From: Candidatus Bathyarchaeota archaeon
GTDB lineage: Archaea; Thermoproteota; Bathyarchaeia; Bathyarchaeales; Bathycorpusculaceae
DNA: 64,000 nucleotides
Assembly: GCA_963715865.1 (NCBI GenBank)
Contig: OY970280.1
Coordinates: 2,290,844-2,354,843, forward strand
Direction of reading: 5' to 3'
The notes below the pieces were generated by a model that did no database searches, was not told the DNA's origin, and worked only from the letters and a program-made list of their open reading frames with translations. Below are positions 40,655 through 51,000 of this stretch, piece by piece; the stretch's first letter is position 1, and every line of letters begins with the position of its first letter. Both the position numbers and the translations under genes were made by a program.

Positions 40655-43291
40655 ATGGCAATTCTCAAAAAAATTTTAGTCATAGTTATTTTGGCTCTAT
40701 TGCTTGTTTCATCAGTTTTTGCTTCTATTTCAACCTTTCAGGCAAATGCAAGTGCTCAGGTAAACGCTAATGCAACCTCCACTAATAGCAATTTAAATCA
40801 GTATGAGTGGACGGAATTTCAAGGCGATTCTTCTTTTACACGGTTCTCAGCAGGACCAGCCCCTGACACATCAAACATACTTTGGAAAGCTAACATAACG
40901 GGAATACAACCGTATATTACAGCCTTTGATGGAATGATTTTCGTCGGCACGAATACTTCTATCGTTGCAGTTAACCAAACAGGGAAGATAGTTTGGAACA
41001 CAGAAATTCCAATGAATAAAACTTGGCCAGTAGCCTACAAAATCGACGATTCGCATCTTGTTGTTGAAGGCAGCTGTCTTGATACAAAAACTGGAAATAT
41101 ATTATGGACTAGCTCATCGTTCTGCGCTGACACTGGCATTTTTAACGCCAACGTTTACAGTCCAGAAGAAAAAATGTTCTATGTAAAGGTCAATTCCTAT
41201 ATTGAAGCCTGGGACTTTTCTAACCCCTCAACTCCACCAACAATGGCTTGGAAAACCTATATTCCAGGTGGTGGCATAACCGGCATAGGAACAGCATACG
41301 GAGACGGCCTAGTTTTCACAGGTTCTTTTGAAAATCAGCAATTAGCACTCAATGCCACGACAGGCAAAATCGTATGGACTGCGCTCACTAAGGGACCTAT
41401 GATCTTCAATGGTGCCTATTCTGATGGCAGATACTTTATCGGAGGAACAGACGATAATACACTGTATTGTTTCAATGCAACCAACGGCAACATTCTCTGG
41501 ACATACACGCCGGGCACCAACGGATACTTCACCACAGGCTGCGCAGTAGCGTATGGAATGGTTTATGAAATGAACAAAGACGGGTATCTTTACGCCATCG
41601 ACATAGCAACTGGCAATGTGGTATGGAAATACAAAGGGCCAGATGAAACGCTTATCTGGCCGGGAATGCCCACGGTTGCAGATGGCAAAATCTATGTAAC
41701 AACAGGTGAACTAGCCCAATATGTCACAGATTACAAAACATATTCCGAATATGCATGTTTAAACGCTTACACTGGGCAAACCATTTGGACTCTGCCTATA
41801 GAAGCATTACCTCCACGAGAGTCTGCTATTGTTGCGTATGGCAATTTATACATCATTCCGGGCAGCGTGACAACTGCAGTTGATACAACGTCAGGAACAG
41901 AATACTCCACGGACAGCCAACTGTGGGCGATAGGGACCATCTCTACGCCAATACCAACGCCTTCACCTACTCCAACTCCAACAGTTACACCTACTCCAAC
42001 GCCAACACCTACTCCAGTACCTACACCAACGCGGATTCTAACTCCAATTACTGTTAGTAATTGGTCTATGTGGCGGGCTGATCCAACGCACTCCTCTACT
42101 GCTCAAGAAGGCCCTTCAAACCTTACTTTGGCTTGGAAATTCACAACTAACGGATCAGTTATCTCTTCACCAAGTGTTGTAAACGGAATAGTTTATGTTG
42201 GTTCACAGGACAAAAACATCTACGCTATTGGAGCATCGAGCGGTAATCGTATCTGGAACTTTACCACTAACGGTGCAATTATATCTTCACCTGCAGTTGC
42301 AAACGGCAATGTTTACGTAGGAAGCGAGGATGGATACGTTTATTGTCTTAGCGCTCACAACGGTGCCTTCATCTGGCAAACATTCGTCAATAGCGACCTG
42401 CCTTTCACGTTTGGGGACTTAGTGCTTAAATCTTCACCAGTAGTATCCAGAGGCATAGTCTACATAGGGTCCTTAGACGGCTACCTCTACGCCCTTAACG
42501 CAAACAACGGCGACATAGTCTGGAGGACCCAAACAGACGGACCAATTGAATCTTCTCCAGCGGTTGCCGACGGCGCTGTTTACTTCACTTCCCAAGAGCC
42601 AACGGCAGGCGCTCTCTACAAACTAGACGCCAACAATGGGGCGGTAATTTGGAAACTACCCCTTCCCTATCAATATTCATTCGTGGGCGGCACAGAGCTG
42701 CTTGGTTCTCCATCAGTCGCAGCAGGCATGGTCTTTGCATCCTCCAATTGGGGCGCTTATTACGCTGTAAATGTTACGACAGGCGTTGTTGTATGGAAAT
42801 TCATTGATACAGACGCCATTGAGTTCATAGTTTCTTCCCCAATTTATGTTAACGGTGACCTTTTCATCATCGACAAATTCAACATAGCGTGCCTTAACGC
42901 AATGACTGGTCACACCCTTTGGAGTACCTTCACAGGAGACGAGTTATACGTTTCACCCTCTTACGCTGACGGCAAAATCTACGTTGCAACTAGTCAACGT
43001 GACATATTCATTCTTGATACTTTGAATAACGGTACAAAAATCGCAACTGCCACCACGCTTTCCAGCACTTGGTCATCACCAACCATAGCCAACGGACGAT
43101 TATACATAGGATGTAACGACTGGAACGTTTACTGCTTCTCCAATTACGTTACTAACGAAGCATCTTCAACTCCATCAAATAATGGCACATCAGGAACAAT
43201 CTTGCTGGCAGTGATCGCCACTATAGCTGCGGTTGTGATCATTGCAACTGCCGCCCTTGGCTATGTGATCAGGAAACGAGCCAAAAAATAG
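40655..43291 (+). CDS. Membrane-anchored protein with two PQQ-like propellers joined by a Pro/Thr linker
   Basis: Signal peptide, WTEFQGD and WSMWRAD propeller starts, SSP..VYVGS repeats, C-terminal TM and RKRAKK. Confidence 0.9.
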   Translation: MAILKKILVIVILALLLVSSVFASISTFQANASAQVNANATSTNSNLNQYEWTEFQGDSSFTRFSAGPAPDTSNILWKANITGIQPYITAFDGMIFVGTNTSIVAVNQTGKIVWNTEIPMNKTWPVAYKIDDSHLVVEGSCLDTKTGNILWTSSSFCADTGIFNANVYSPEEKMFYVKVNSYIEAWDFSNPSTPPTMAWKTYIPGGGITGIGTAYGDGLVFTGSFENQQLALNATTGKIVWTALTKGPMIFNGAYSDGRYFIGGTDDNTLYCFNATNGNILWTYTPGTNGYFTTGCAVAYGMVYEMNKDGYLYAIDIATGNVVWKYKGPDETLIWPGMPTVADGKIYVTTGELAQYVTDYKTYSEYACLNAYTGQTIWTLPIEALPPRESAIVAYGNLYIIPGSVTTAVDTTSGTEYSTDSQLWAIGTISTPIPTPSPTPTPTVTPTPTPTPTPVPTPTRILTPITVSNWSMWRADPTHSSTAQEGPSNLTLAWKFTTNGSVISSPSVVNGIVYVGSQDKNIYAIGASSGNRIWNFTTNGAIISSPAVANGNVYVGSEDGYVYCLSAHNGAFIWQTFVNSDLPFTFGDLVLKSSPVVSRGIVYIGSLDGYLYALNANNGDIVWRTQTDGPIESSPAVADGAVYFTSQEPTAGALYKLDANNGAVIWKLPLPYQYSFVGGTELLGSPSVAAGMVFASSNWGAYYAVNVTTGVVVWKFIDTDAIEFIVSSPIYVNGDLFIIDKFNIACLNAMTGHTLWSTFTGDELYVSPSYADGKIYVATSQRDIFILDTLNNGTKIATATTLSSTWSSPTIANGRLYIGCNDWNVYCFSNYVTNEASSTPSNNGTSGTILLAVIATIAAVVIIATAALGYVIRKRAKK
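41945..42031 (+). repeat. Coding (Pro-Thr)n low-complexity linker
   Basis: TPIPTPSPTPTPTVTPTPTPTPTPVPTPT. Confidence 0.9.
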
Positions 43292-43394
43292 ATGCATGCT
43301 TTTGCAAGCAATTTGTCAGCTTTCCTTAAGCTGTGAATTTACTCATTAACAGGATAATATAGGTGTTTAAAGTGTTTTAACGTCACTATTGATC

Positions 43395-44864
43395 TTAATC
43401 TTGTTGGTCTTTGCTTGGAGTACTATGTCCACCCGGGCTCTTCTTTGTATGTCTCACTTTACCTAATTGCCTAAAAGCCCATCTTGAAAACCTATACTTC
43501 CAAACAAGATGGTTTAGTGCCATGCGCGCCATGATTTGGCTATGAAAGTCTCCTCTGAGTTTCTTTCTCAGATAGTACGTTGGGGTAAAGAAGCTGTCGT
43601 ACACCGCTTTTTTTGCTTCCTCTAGCTTTTCAAGCGGCAATAGGGTGTTTTTGAAAACTTGCGTTTGCTCATGATACTGGTTCCAGTCCTCGGTCATTTT
43701 TAAGCCTAACTGTTTGACGTAATTGTAGAGTTCGGTGCCAGGGTAAGGAACTGCTTCGCACATGTAAACGTAATCAGGCTTTGTTCTACGAATAAAGTCC
43801 GTTGTCTGTTGCAGCATTTCTGGCGTTTCGCCTGGGTAACCGATAACCAAAGAAATAGCAACCAGAATGTCACATTCTTTTGCTAATTTTATGGCATTAG
43901 CATTTTGCTCTACTGTTGTGCCTTTCCGCATAGTGTTTAGCATCTGTTGGCTGCCTGACTCCACACCGAAGTGAATAAGCTGGCAGTTTGTGCTCCTGAG
44001 TTTAGTTAATAGTTCTTTAGATACTTTGTCGACTCTTGTTCGGCAGTCCCATGGCATGTCAAATTTTCTAGCTTTCATTTCGTCGCAGATTGCTATTGCA
44101 CGATTTAGGTCAAAAGTGAATGTATCATCATAGAAGGCGAAGGCTCCTGCCCCAAAAGTGTCCCTTAGCCACTCAAGCTCATCAACAACTTTGCTGGGGC
44201 TTCTCGCTCTGAAGCCTCTTCCACACATTTTAGATGCCAAGCAGAAGGCACAATTGAAGGGGCATCCTCTGCTGGTTATTATGGGCATGTAGGTTTTGCC
44301 AGAAATTTTGTATCTGGTTACATCAAAGTGCTTGTGAGCTGGACGAGGAAGTGAATCAATATCTTGAATGAAAGGTCTGTCAGGTGTGCGGAAAACTTTA
44401 CCGTTCTTTCCAAAAGTTATGCCTGCAACTTCGCTGAGGCTCTTTAGATTGCCGTCCGATACTAGGCTCGCAAGCTCGAGCATCGTTTGTTCCCCTTCGC
44501 CTCGCACAACGATATCTACATCTGCGCTCTCAGTGAAGGTTCGCTCGTCCAAAACCGTAACGTGTGGACCGCCAATCATGGTTATGCAGTTTGGAAGCGC
44601 AGCTTTTGCAGCTTTCAAAATGTCAAGCGCAGGCAAGTAAGTTACAGTGGCGGATGTCACGCCAATGATATCGGGGTTAAGCCTTCTAAACTTGTCTTCA
44701 AGTTGTTTTTGGGTAGGTCTGGAAACCTGGCAATCAACCACATCCACCTCATACCCCTTTTCCTCAAGCACTGCTACCAAGTAGCTGATACCTAGAGGGA
44801 TAAAGATAGCTTGCGGCACATCTTCTGGGTAAGGTGGATTTGCTAGTACTACGTGAGCTTTCAC
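43395..44864 (-). CDS. Cobalamin-binding radical SAM enzyme (3 of 7)
   Basis: LANPPYP, PLGISYL, GGPHVT; SRGCPFNCAFC. Confidence 0.93.
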   Translation of the reverse strand: MKAHVVLANPPYPEDVPQAIFIPLGISYLVAVLEEKGYEVDVVDCQVSRPTQKQLEDKFRRLNPDIIGVTSATVTYLPALDILKAAKAALPNCITMIGGPHVTVLDERTFTESADVDIVVRGEGEQTMLELASLVSDGNLKSLSEVAGITFGKNGKVFRTPDRPFIQDIDSLPRPAHKHFDVTRYKISGKTYMPIITSRGCPFNCAFCLASKMCGRGFRARSPSKVVDELEWLRDTFGAGAFAFYDDTFTFDLNRAIAICDEMKARKFDMPWDCRTRVDKVSKELLTKLRSTNCQLIHFGVESGSQQMLNTMRKGTTVEQNANAIKLAKECDILVAISLVIGYPGETPEMLQQTTDFIRRTKPDYVYMCEAVPYPGTELYNYVKQLGLKMTEDWNQYHEQTQVFKNTLLPLEKLEEAKKAVYDSFFTPTYYLRKKLRGDFHSQIMARMALNHLVWKYRFSRWAFRQLGKVRHTKKSPGGHSTPSKDQQD

Positions 44865-45037
44865 GTTGTCTCCCCGACTTTTAATAATGGAAAACGGTTA
44901 AGCCAACTATTATGTGTTTTGCAGATAAGCTAAAAATCGCGTCCACTTCAAGGCGTAGGTGCGAGAACACAAGGGTTTTTATGCTTACGTTTAATAGCGT
45001 TTTGTCATTGATGATAACTTCAGGGTAAAGTGGCAAT

Positions 45038-46606
45038 TTGTCAGCAGATTTAGCTCTTATCAATGCAAACGTTAGAACCATGAACCCACGTCAGCCTGTC
45101 GCTCAAGCAGTCGCCATAAGAAAAAACAAAATCGTCAAAGTTGGAACAAACCAAGAGATAAACGAGTTAATTGGAAAAGGCACAAGAATTATTAGCTTAG
45201 ACGGGAAAACAGTGGTTCCCGGTTTGATTGACACACACATACATGTGGCAGACTTTGGTAGATGCTTGTTATGGCTTGACTTAACCAATGCAGAGTCTAT
45301 CAAGGAACTGCAAAGCCTGCTAAGAGAAAAGGCAAAGCGAACGTCTGCTGGAAAATGGATAATTGGTCGCGGATGGAACCATAACCGCTTCAAAGACAAA
45401 CGCCTACCCAACCTCTCTGATCTAAACGAGGCTGCACCAGACAACCCAGTAATTCTATACCATGGATCAGCAATGATATGCGCCGTAAACAGCAAAGCCT
45501 TACTTTCGGCTAGCGTGACAGGGCAAACAGCCGCGCCTTCGGGCGGAACCATTGACAGAAACCCGCAGACGGGCGAGCTTACGGGCATTTTACGGGACAG
45601 CGCCACCAGCCTAGTTTGGCAAGTAGTTCCTGAACCAACAGCCGATGAGCTTTCGGAGGCGACGGCGCTAGCTTGCCAAAAAATTGTGGAAGCAGGAGTC
45701 ACCAGCGTGCACTGGATAGTGCTCTCGGAGAATGAGCTTCCGATAATTCAGAGGCTTCATGCGGAAGGAAAGCTTCTCATCAGGGTTAACGTCATAGTTC
45801 CTGACGCGCTCTTAAAAGAAACCCTTGGTTTCCAGTCAACTGACAGTTTAATGCTTCGTCTTGGCGGCGTTTTTATTGCTACCGACGGGTATTTAGATTC
45901 TAAAACAGCCGCATTGTTGCAGCCCTACAGCGATGACCCAAATAACAACGGCAAAATGCTCCTTACCGAGCAGGAATTGATGGCTTCGGTGGCGCAGGTG
46001 TTAGCTGTGGGTCTTCAGCCAGTTATACATGCCATGGGCGATAAGGCCATTGATATGGCGCTAAATGTAATCGAGCAAACTTCACAGCGAGCATCAGGCA
46101 AAGCTGTTCGCTTTCGTATAGAGCAAGCAGCTGTCCTAAACAAAGAATTAATCAAGCGCCTGAAAATGCAGAATGTGGTCGTTTCGATTCAGCCTAAGGT
46201 TATTGCTACTGAATTCGCAGTTTGGTCAGCTACAGAGCGCCTTGGTATTGAAAGATCGAGGTGGCTGCATCCGCTCAAAACCCTGTTAAAAGAGAGCGTG
46301 AAGGTTGCTGGCGGTTCAGATTGCCCCATGGAACCGCTGGATCCATTGCTTGGAATGCAAGAAGCTGTGCTGAGAGAGCATTTTCCTGAGCAGCGCTTAA
46401 GCGTTGAGGAAGCCTTGGGCATGTACACGTTAGACGCCGCCTACTGTTCAGGCGAGGAAAAAGTTAAGGGCTCAATTGAAACTGGCAAGCTGGCGGATTT
46501 AACAATTTTATCAAACGACCCATTGGCTATTCAAACGAATGAAATTAAAGACATTAGCATGGAAATGACGATCATAGACGGAAACATAGTTTATTCCAAG
46601 CACTGA
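45038..46606 (+). CDS. Amidohydrolase-3 (YtcJ-like) metal-dependent hydrolase
   Basis: PGLIDTHIH, GELTGIL, HAMGD, RIEQA, GSDCP and GSIETGKLAD motifs. Confidence 0.9.
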   Translation: MSADLALINANVRTMNPRQPVAQAVAIRKNKIVKVGTNQEINELIGKGTRIISLDGKTVVPGLIDTHIHVADFGRCLLWLDLTNAESIKELQSLLREKAKRTSAGKWIIGRGWNHNRFKDKRLPNLSDLNEAAPDNPVILYHGSAMICAVNSKALLSASVTGQTAAPSGGTIDRNPQTGELTGILRDSATSLVWQVVPEPTADELSEATALACQKIVEAGVTSVHWIVLSENELPIIQRLHAEGKLLIRVNVIVPDALLKETLGFQSTDSLMLRLGGVFIATDGYLDSKTAALLQPYSDDPNNNGKMLLTEQELMASVAQVLAVGLQPVIHAMGDKAIDMALNVIEQTSQRASGKAVRFRIEQAAVLNKELIKRLKMQNVVVSIQPKVIATEFAVWSATERLGIERSRWLHPLKTLLKESVKVAGGSDCPMEPLDPLLGMQEAVLREHFPEQRLSVEEALGMYTLDAAYCSGEEKVKGSIETGKLADLTILSNDPLAIQTNEIKDISMEMTIIDGNIVYSKH

Positions 46607-46700
46607 GCCAACTTATTTTTGCTGTTCTTTTTGGAGAACACTCTGTTCCTTGGGGAGAGCTAAAAGAATCTTTGCAATAGCATCTAGCAAGGGCTTAAAC

Positions 46701-47399
46701 ATGAATAAAAAAAAGGTTTGGGGACTCCTGTTTGTTTCGCTCTTTTCCGTCTCGCTAGTATTTGGCGCTCATGTTGTTAGTGCAGATTCTACTGGTGGTA
46801 TATTTTTTGATTCAGGTGTATATCTTATCTGCCCGGTTAATCAAACGTACACTTGTAATCATATACCCTTATACTTCACTTTTGACTGTGTCGGGGGCGG
46901 TATCGATTACAACTTAACTTATGACCTCGACGGCCAATACAGTGGTCCTATACCATTAGTGATGAACGGCTCTGCAACACATGCACCTAAGGCCTTTCTA
47001 TCCGAAGCGATTGGGCAGGTAAATTTGCCAGAGCTATCGAACGGTGAACACCGCTTAACAATCTACGTTGTAGCCAATGTCTACCATGCTAATGCGGGTG
47101 GAGCGTTTAAACCAAAAATTAGTTCTGACGGGACAGTTTACTATTCAGCATCCTACGCTGACACAGTCAACTTTTACATAAATGCAACTACTCCTCCAAG
47201 TATATCGATTCTTTCTCCACAAAACCAAACTTACATCGGCAACAGCCAAACAGCGAACTTCTCCATAACCAACCAAACACCAACACCTTACTCTCCAGCA
47301 CAGCCCTCTCAACCCATTACTATTGTCATAGTTATTTTGGTGGTGGTTGATTTAGGCTTAGGAATGCTAGCTTATCTGAAAAAACGTAAGATTGTATAA
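46701..47399 (+). CDS. Secreted membrane-anchored Ig-like protein (probable start ATG 46701)
   Basis: Signal peptide, P.NQTY, LPELSNGEHRLTIY, C-terminal TM and KKRK; paralog of 51001-51840. Confidence 0.75.
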   Translation: MNKKKVWGLLFVSLFSVSLVFGAHVVSADSTGGIFFDSGVYLICPVNQTYTCNHIPLYFTFDCVGGGIDYNLTYDLDGQYSGPIPLVMNGSATHAPKAFLSEAIGQVNLPELSNGEHRLTIYVVANVYHANAGGAFKPKISSDGTVYYSASYADTVNFYINATTPPSISILSPQNQTYIGNSQTANFSITNQTPTPYSPAQPSQPITIVIVILVVVDLGLGMLAYLKKRKIV

Positions 47400-47402
47400 C
47401 AA

Positions 47403-47669
47403 TCAATGTGTTGCTTTGTTTTGTTCTGACTTGATCAGTTCAACGGCTAATCTCCACATGAAGAATCCAAGGGCGCTTGCAATGAAGGACAAGATAGTGA
47501 AAGTGTCAGTTCTTAGCCAGAGAAAAAGATGCGAAACAGGCATTGCCAGCCACATTGGATCAATAAATTGTATCACTACTCCGTCGAGCCATGCGAGCAA
47601 ACCGTATAAGAACAACAGTTCACCAGCAACTTTGATGATAAGAATTTTTCTATCAAAAGCACTCTTCAT
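47403..47669 (-). CDS. Small two-TM membrane protein of unknown function
   Basis: 88 aa with two hydrophobic segments, co-oriented downstream of the 47770 gene. Confidence 0.55.
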   Translation of the reverse strand: MKSAFDRKILIIKVAGELLFLYGLLAWLDGVVIQFIDPMWLAMPVSHLFLWLRTDTFTILSFIASALGFFMWRLAVELIKSEQNKATH

Positions 47670-47769
47670 GCTATATTAAGAAAACAGGACATTATTATAA
47701 AACTTACTAGGCGCAAGATTGCTAATTTTCAGCGGTAACTGCAATAACTTATGGGCGGTTTTTTATGCC

Positions 47770-49218
47770 CTACTTCCTTTTCAGCAGTACCTTAATTGTT
47801 TTTTTCGGGTTCCGAATTGCCCTTAAAATCTTATAACGTGTAAAAGTTGGATTCACCAAATTAGCTCTTGCACACAACTCACGCAAATCGTCCGCTGAAA
47901 ACTCCGGTGTCTCAATTAATGGTTCGGTTGCTGCTAGTGCGTAATCGCAAAAGCCTTCTCTTAGAAAACCGCCTTGTTTTGCCTGTTCGTAGAGCGCTGT
48001 TCCGTAAAGTGGCATGGCAATGCTGAATATGAGGTTGTCAGCGCCTAAACGTTTAAGCTTATATGCAAACTTTATTGTCTCTTCGATGTCTGCTTTGGTT
48101 TCTCCAATCAACCCGATAACGAAGAAACAGCCAACTTTTATGCCGACTTTTTTGCACGTAACAACAGCCTGCTCGACACTCCCCAAATCTAAGTTCTTGC
48201 CGATAACATCGTTTACAACGCGTTGGACTCCAGATTCAGGAGCGACGCGAATTTTTTTGCAGCCAGCCTTCTTCATCTTTCTCAAAAGCGGTTCATCAAG
48301 CGTGTCTGCCCTAACGCCGTTAGGCGTAAACCACTCAATCCGCAAGCCTCGCTCAACAATTAAATCGCAAATATCAGCCACTCGTTTTTTATCCAGCGTC
48401 ATGTTCTCATCATAAAAATCAATCTGCTTAATCCCATAAGTTTTCGCGACATGCTCCAGCTCATCAACCACGTTTTTTGGGCTTCTGGCACGCCATTTTC
48501 TACCCCAAACGATACAGTTTGAACAGAAAACACAGTTATATGGGCAGCCTCTGCTTGTTGTCACGATAGTCCATGGTCTACTTATTTCGCCTCGCAACGG
48601 ATTCTCTTTGACAGCTTCGTAGTAAACTTTCATTGGAAGCAGATGTCTAGCTGGAAACGGCAATGAATCCATATCCTCAATTATAGCACGCTTACCTGTG
48701 AGAACAGGTTTCCCATTCTTCCTAAAGCCTAAACCATCTATCCCATTGAAATCTTGCTTTCCCAACTCAAGCGCATCAATCAGCTCGGAAACCGTATTTT
48801 CTGGTTCGCCGATAACGACAAAATCAACGTTAGGTTCAGAAAGGCAAGCTTCGGGTCTAGCTGAAGGGTGCTGACCAATCAACACAACAGTAATATTCCT
48901 ATCGACACTTTTTATTGCGTCAACGACTTCAAAAGCGGTTTTTGACCAACCGGAAAATGGAATTTCAATAACAACCACATCAGGATTCCATTGCCTAACA
49001 CGTTCAGCAATGGTTTGAGCACTTAAACCAACACGGTACTTGGTTTCATCCATTTCCATGAGGTTCTTCCAGCCTTCCGTTGGAGCATCAATAATGCAGA
49101 CGCTATGCTTTTTTTCCAGAACGGCGGCGACTGATGCTAAGATTATGGGTGGAAAAACGTTCGGTTTTCCCCATGATTTCGGCTGAATCCTCGGCGGATT
49201 AATCAAGCAAACACGCAT
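47770..49218 (-). CDS. Cobalamin-binding radical SAM enzyme (4 of 7)
   Basis: LINPP, GQHPS; SRGCPYNCVFC; APESG. Confidence 0.93.
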   Translation of the reverse strand: MRVCLINPPRIQPKSWGKPNVFPPIILASVAAVLEKKHSVCIIDAPTEGWKNLMEMDETKYRVGLSAQTIAERVRQWNPDVVVIEIPFSGWSKTAFEVVDAIKSVDRNITVVLIGQHPSARPEACLSEPNVDFVVIGEPENTVSELIDALELGKQDFNGIDGLGFRKNGKPVLTGKRAIIEDMDSLPFPARHLLPMKVYYEAVKENPLRGEISRPWTIVTTSRGCPYNCVFCSNCIVWGRKWRARSPKNVVDELEHVAKTYGIKQIDFYDENMTLDKKRVADICDLIVERGLRIEWFTPNGVRADTLDEPLLRKMKKAGCKKIRVAPESGVQRVVNDVIGKNLDLGSVEQAVVTCKKVGIKVGCFFVIGLIGETKADIEETIKFAYKLKRLGADNLIFSIAMPLYGTALYEQAKQGGFLREGFCDYALAATEPLIETPEFSADDLRELCARANLVNPTFTRYKILRAIRNPKKTIKVLLKRK

Positions 49219-49273
49219 GCAACAGGCACTTCTTGGATTAGAAATACCATAAAGCTTCGATTAATACTTTGCA

Positions 49274-50263
49274 CTAAAAGGGCAAAAAGAACAACCGCGT
49301 AACCAAGATGATACCGACACACAAAAGTGCCCACAAAACAATCGTCACATCCCTAATTCGTAAAGCACCCAAAATCTTATCACCAGTCAGCGGTTCCAAA
49401 CTATCCCCAAGAACATACTGCCCAGGCTTTTCCAACTGTACCCGCAATGCACCAGCCACCGCCGCCATTGGCCAACCATGGTTTCGGCTTGGCGTTTTCG
49501 CATGGTCTCTGCGCGCGATTTTCCAAGCGTTTTTTGCGTCTTTGCCTAGGATTGCTGCGGCCAGTATCATGAGCAGTGCGGTGAATCTTGTGGGTATGTA
49601 GTTGACGACTGTGTCTAGGTTTGCGCTGAACCAGCCTGTGTTTATGTGTTCTTTGTCTTTGAAGCCTACCATGCCGTCGAGCGTGTTTATGGCTCGAAAA
49701 GCGATTGCTCCAGTAACTCCAAACAATGCGAAGGATAGCATGGGTGAGAGTTTGAAGTCTATGAGGTTTTCAGCCATGGATTCGATGACTGCGCTGCTGA
49801 TTTGTGAGCCATTTAGGTTTTTGGGGTCTCTTCTTGAGAAGTGGCTGTACTTCTTTGCTTCGTCTAGGTCATTTGCTTGGATTGCTTTGGCTGTGGCTTT
49901 TGCCCAATCAGTCTCCAGTTTAATGCAAATAGTCATCTTAAGCAGGATAATACCAGTGAAAGCGTAGACGAAGATGCTGATGTAAGTGTAGATTGCCCAT
50001 AAACCAAAGTAAACCGGTAGCGTAAACGCACAAATTACCGTCAGCGCCAAGAAAACGCCTAGGAGCTTTTCTATTTTTGGGTCTGGGTTTTTGAAGTAGG
50101 GTTCGATTTTTTTAGTGAATTTGCCCATGAGCACAGTTGGATGCAACTTGAAAGCCCATTTGTCAGGATAATTCGGTGATGGATCACCAAGAACCAAGTC
50201 TAGCAATATAGCTAAAATTAGCACTGCGATGGCGATTAGTATGTTTAAGACGTTTGACACCAA
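49274..50263 (-). CDS. cbiB: Adenosylcobinamide-phosphate synthase CbiB/CobD
   Basis: DLVLGDP...HP, ESMAEN, NTLDGMVG, NYIPTR, PSRNHGWP..A.AGAL.V.L motifs. Confidence 0.93.
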   Translation of the reverse strand: MVSNVLNILIAIAVLILAILLDLVLGDPSPNYPDKWAFKLHPTVLMGKFTKKIEPYFKNPDPKIEKLLGVFLALTVICAFTLPVYFGLWAIYTYISIFVYAFTGIILLKMTICIKLETDWAKATAKAIQANDLDEAKKYSHFSRRDPKNLNGSQISSAVIESMAENLIDFKLSPMLSFALFGVTGAIAFRAINTLDGMVGFKDKEHINTGWFSANLDTVVNYIPTRFTALLMILAAAILGKDAKNAWKIARRDHAKTPSRNHGWPMAAVAGALRVQLEKPGQYVLGDSLEPLTGDKILGALRIRDVTIVLWALLCVGIILVTRLFFLPF

Positions 50264-50473
50264 CCAAGAGTTATGTAAGCGTTGCTTTCGAGATACTTTG
50301 GATAAACAGTTTATATTAATTACGGTTATAAAGCAAACAGCAGGTTTGTTTTATTCAACTCAAACTTCCGCTTAAGTGAATTAAACCTTATTTGTTTGAA
50401 TCTTTTTTTGGTGCAGTTTAGGCTTGGTTTTTTAAGGTAGACCATGCTATGTGGTTGAGGGGTTGGTGTTGGC

Positions 50474-50908
50474 TTGGAGCCTGATGAAGAACTAAACGCG
50501 ACGACATTTCAGACTTACGTTTATCTTGTCAAGGTTGGGAAGCCTGTCGGACCCAGAGACTTGATGCGTGGAGCCAACCTCAGCAGCCCAAGCGTCGCGT
50601 ATAGAAACCTTCAGAAACTCATGGATTTAGGCTTAGTAGTTAAAGATGAATACGGCAATTATGTTGTTAAAGAAAAAATAGGCATGAATGGTTATGTCTG
50701 GATAGGGAAAACTCTTATCCCAAGTTTTGCAATCTTCGGATTTATCTTCATAGGCATTTTGATTGCCGAAATTGCAATATTGATTCCTCATTTGCTTTTT
50801 GGGTCCCCTATTCAGGAGTCGTTCTGGCTTTTAACAGTGATAACGGTTGTTTCTGCAGCGATTTTTCTCTTTGAAGCCTTGCGATTTAGAAAGAAACCAA
50901 AGTATTAA
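50474..50908 (+). CDS. Winged-HTH regulator with two C-terminal TM helices (paralog of 27310-27765)
   Basis: YVYLVKVGKPVGPRDLM...LSSPSVAYRNLQKL...EYGNY plus two TM segments. Confidence 0.8.
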   Translation: MEPDEELNATTFQTYVYLVKVGKPVGPRDLMRGANLSSPSVAYRNLQKLMDLGLVVKDEYGNYVVKEKIGMNGYVWIGKTLIPSFAIFGFIFIGILIAEIAILIPHLLFGSPIQESFWLLTVITVVSAAIFLFEALRFRKKPKY

Positions 50909-51000
50909 CCTATCAGCCAACTAGGTGTTCCAGCTTTGGAACATTCTGTTCCTTGAGTAGAACTAAAAGTCGCATTTTAACTATTGATTGCTTGGTGTGA

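Noticed and set aside
36996-43291. PQQ-dependent dehydrogenases and PQQ biosynthesis
   Set aside because: The repeats are BamB-like structural blades with no catalytic motifs seen, and there are no pqqA-D genes.
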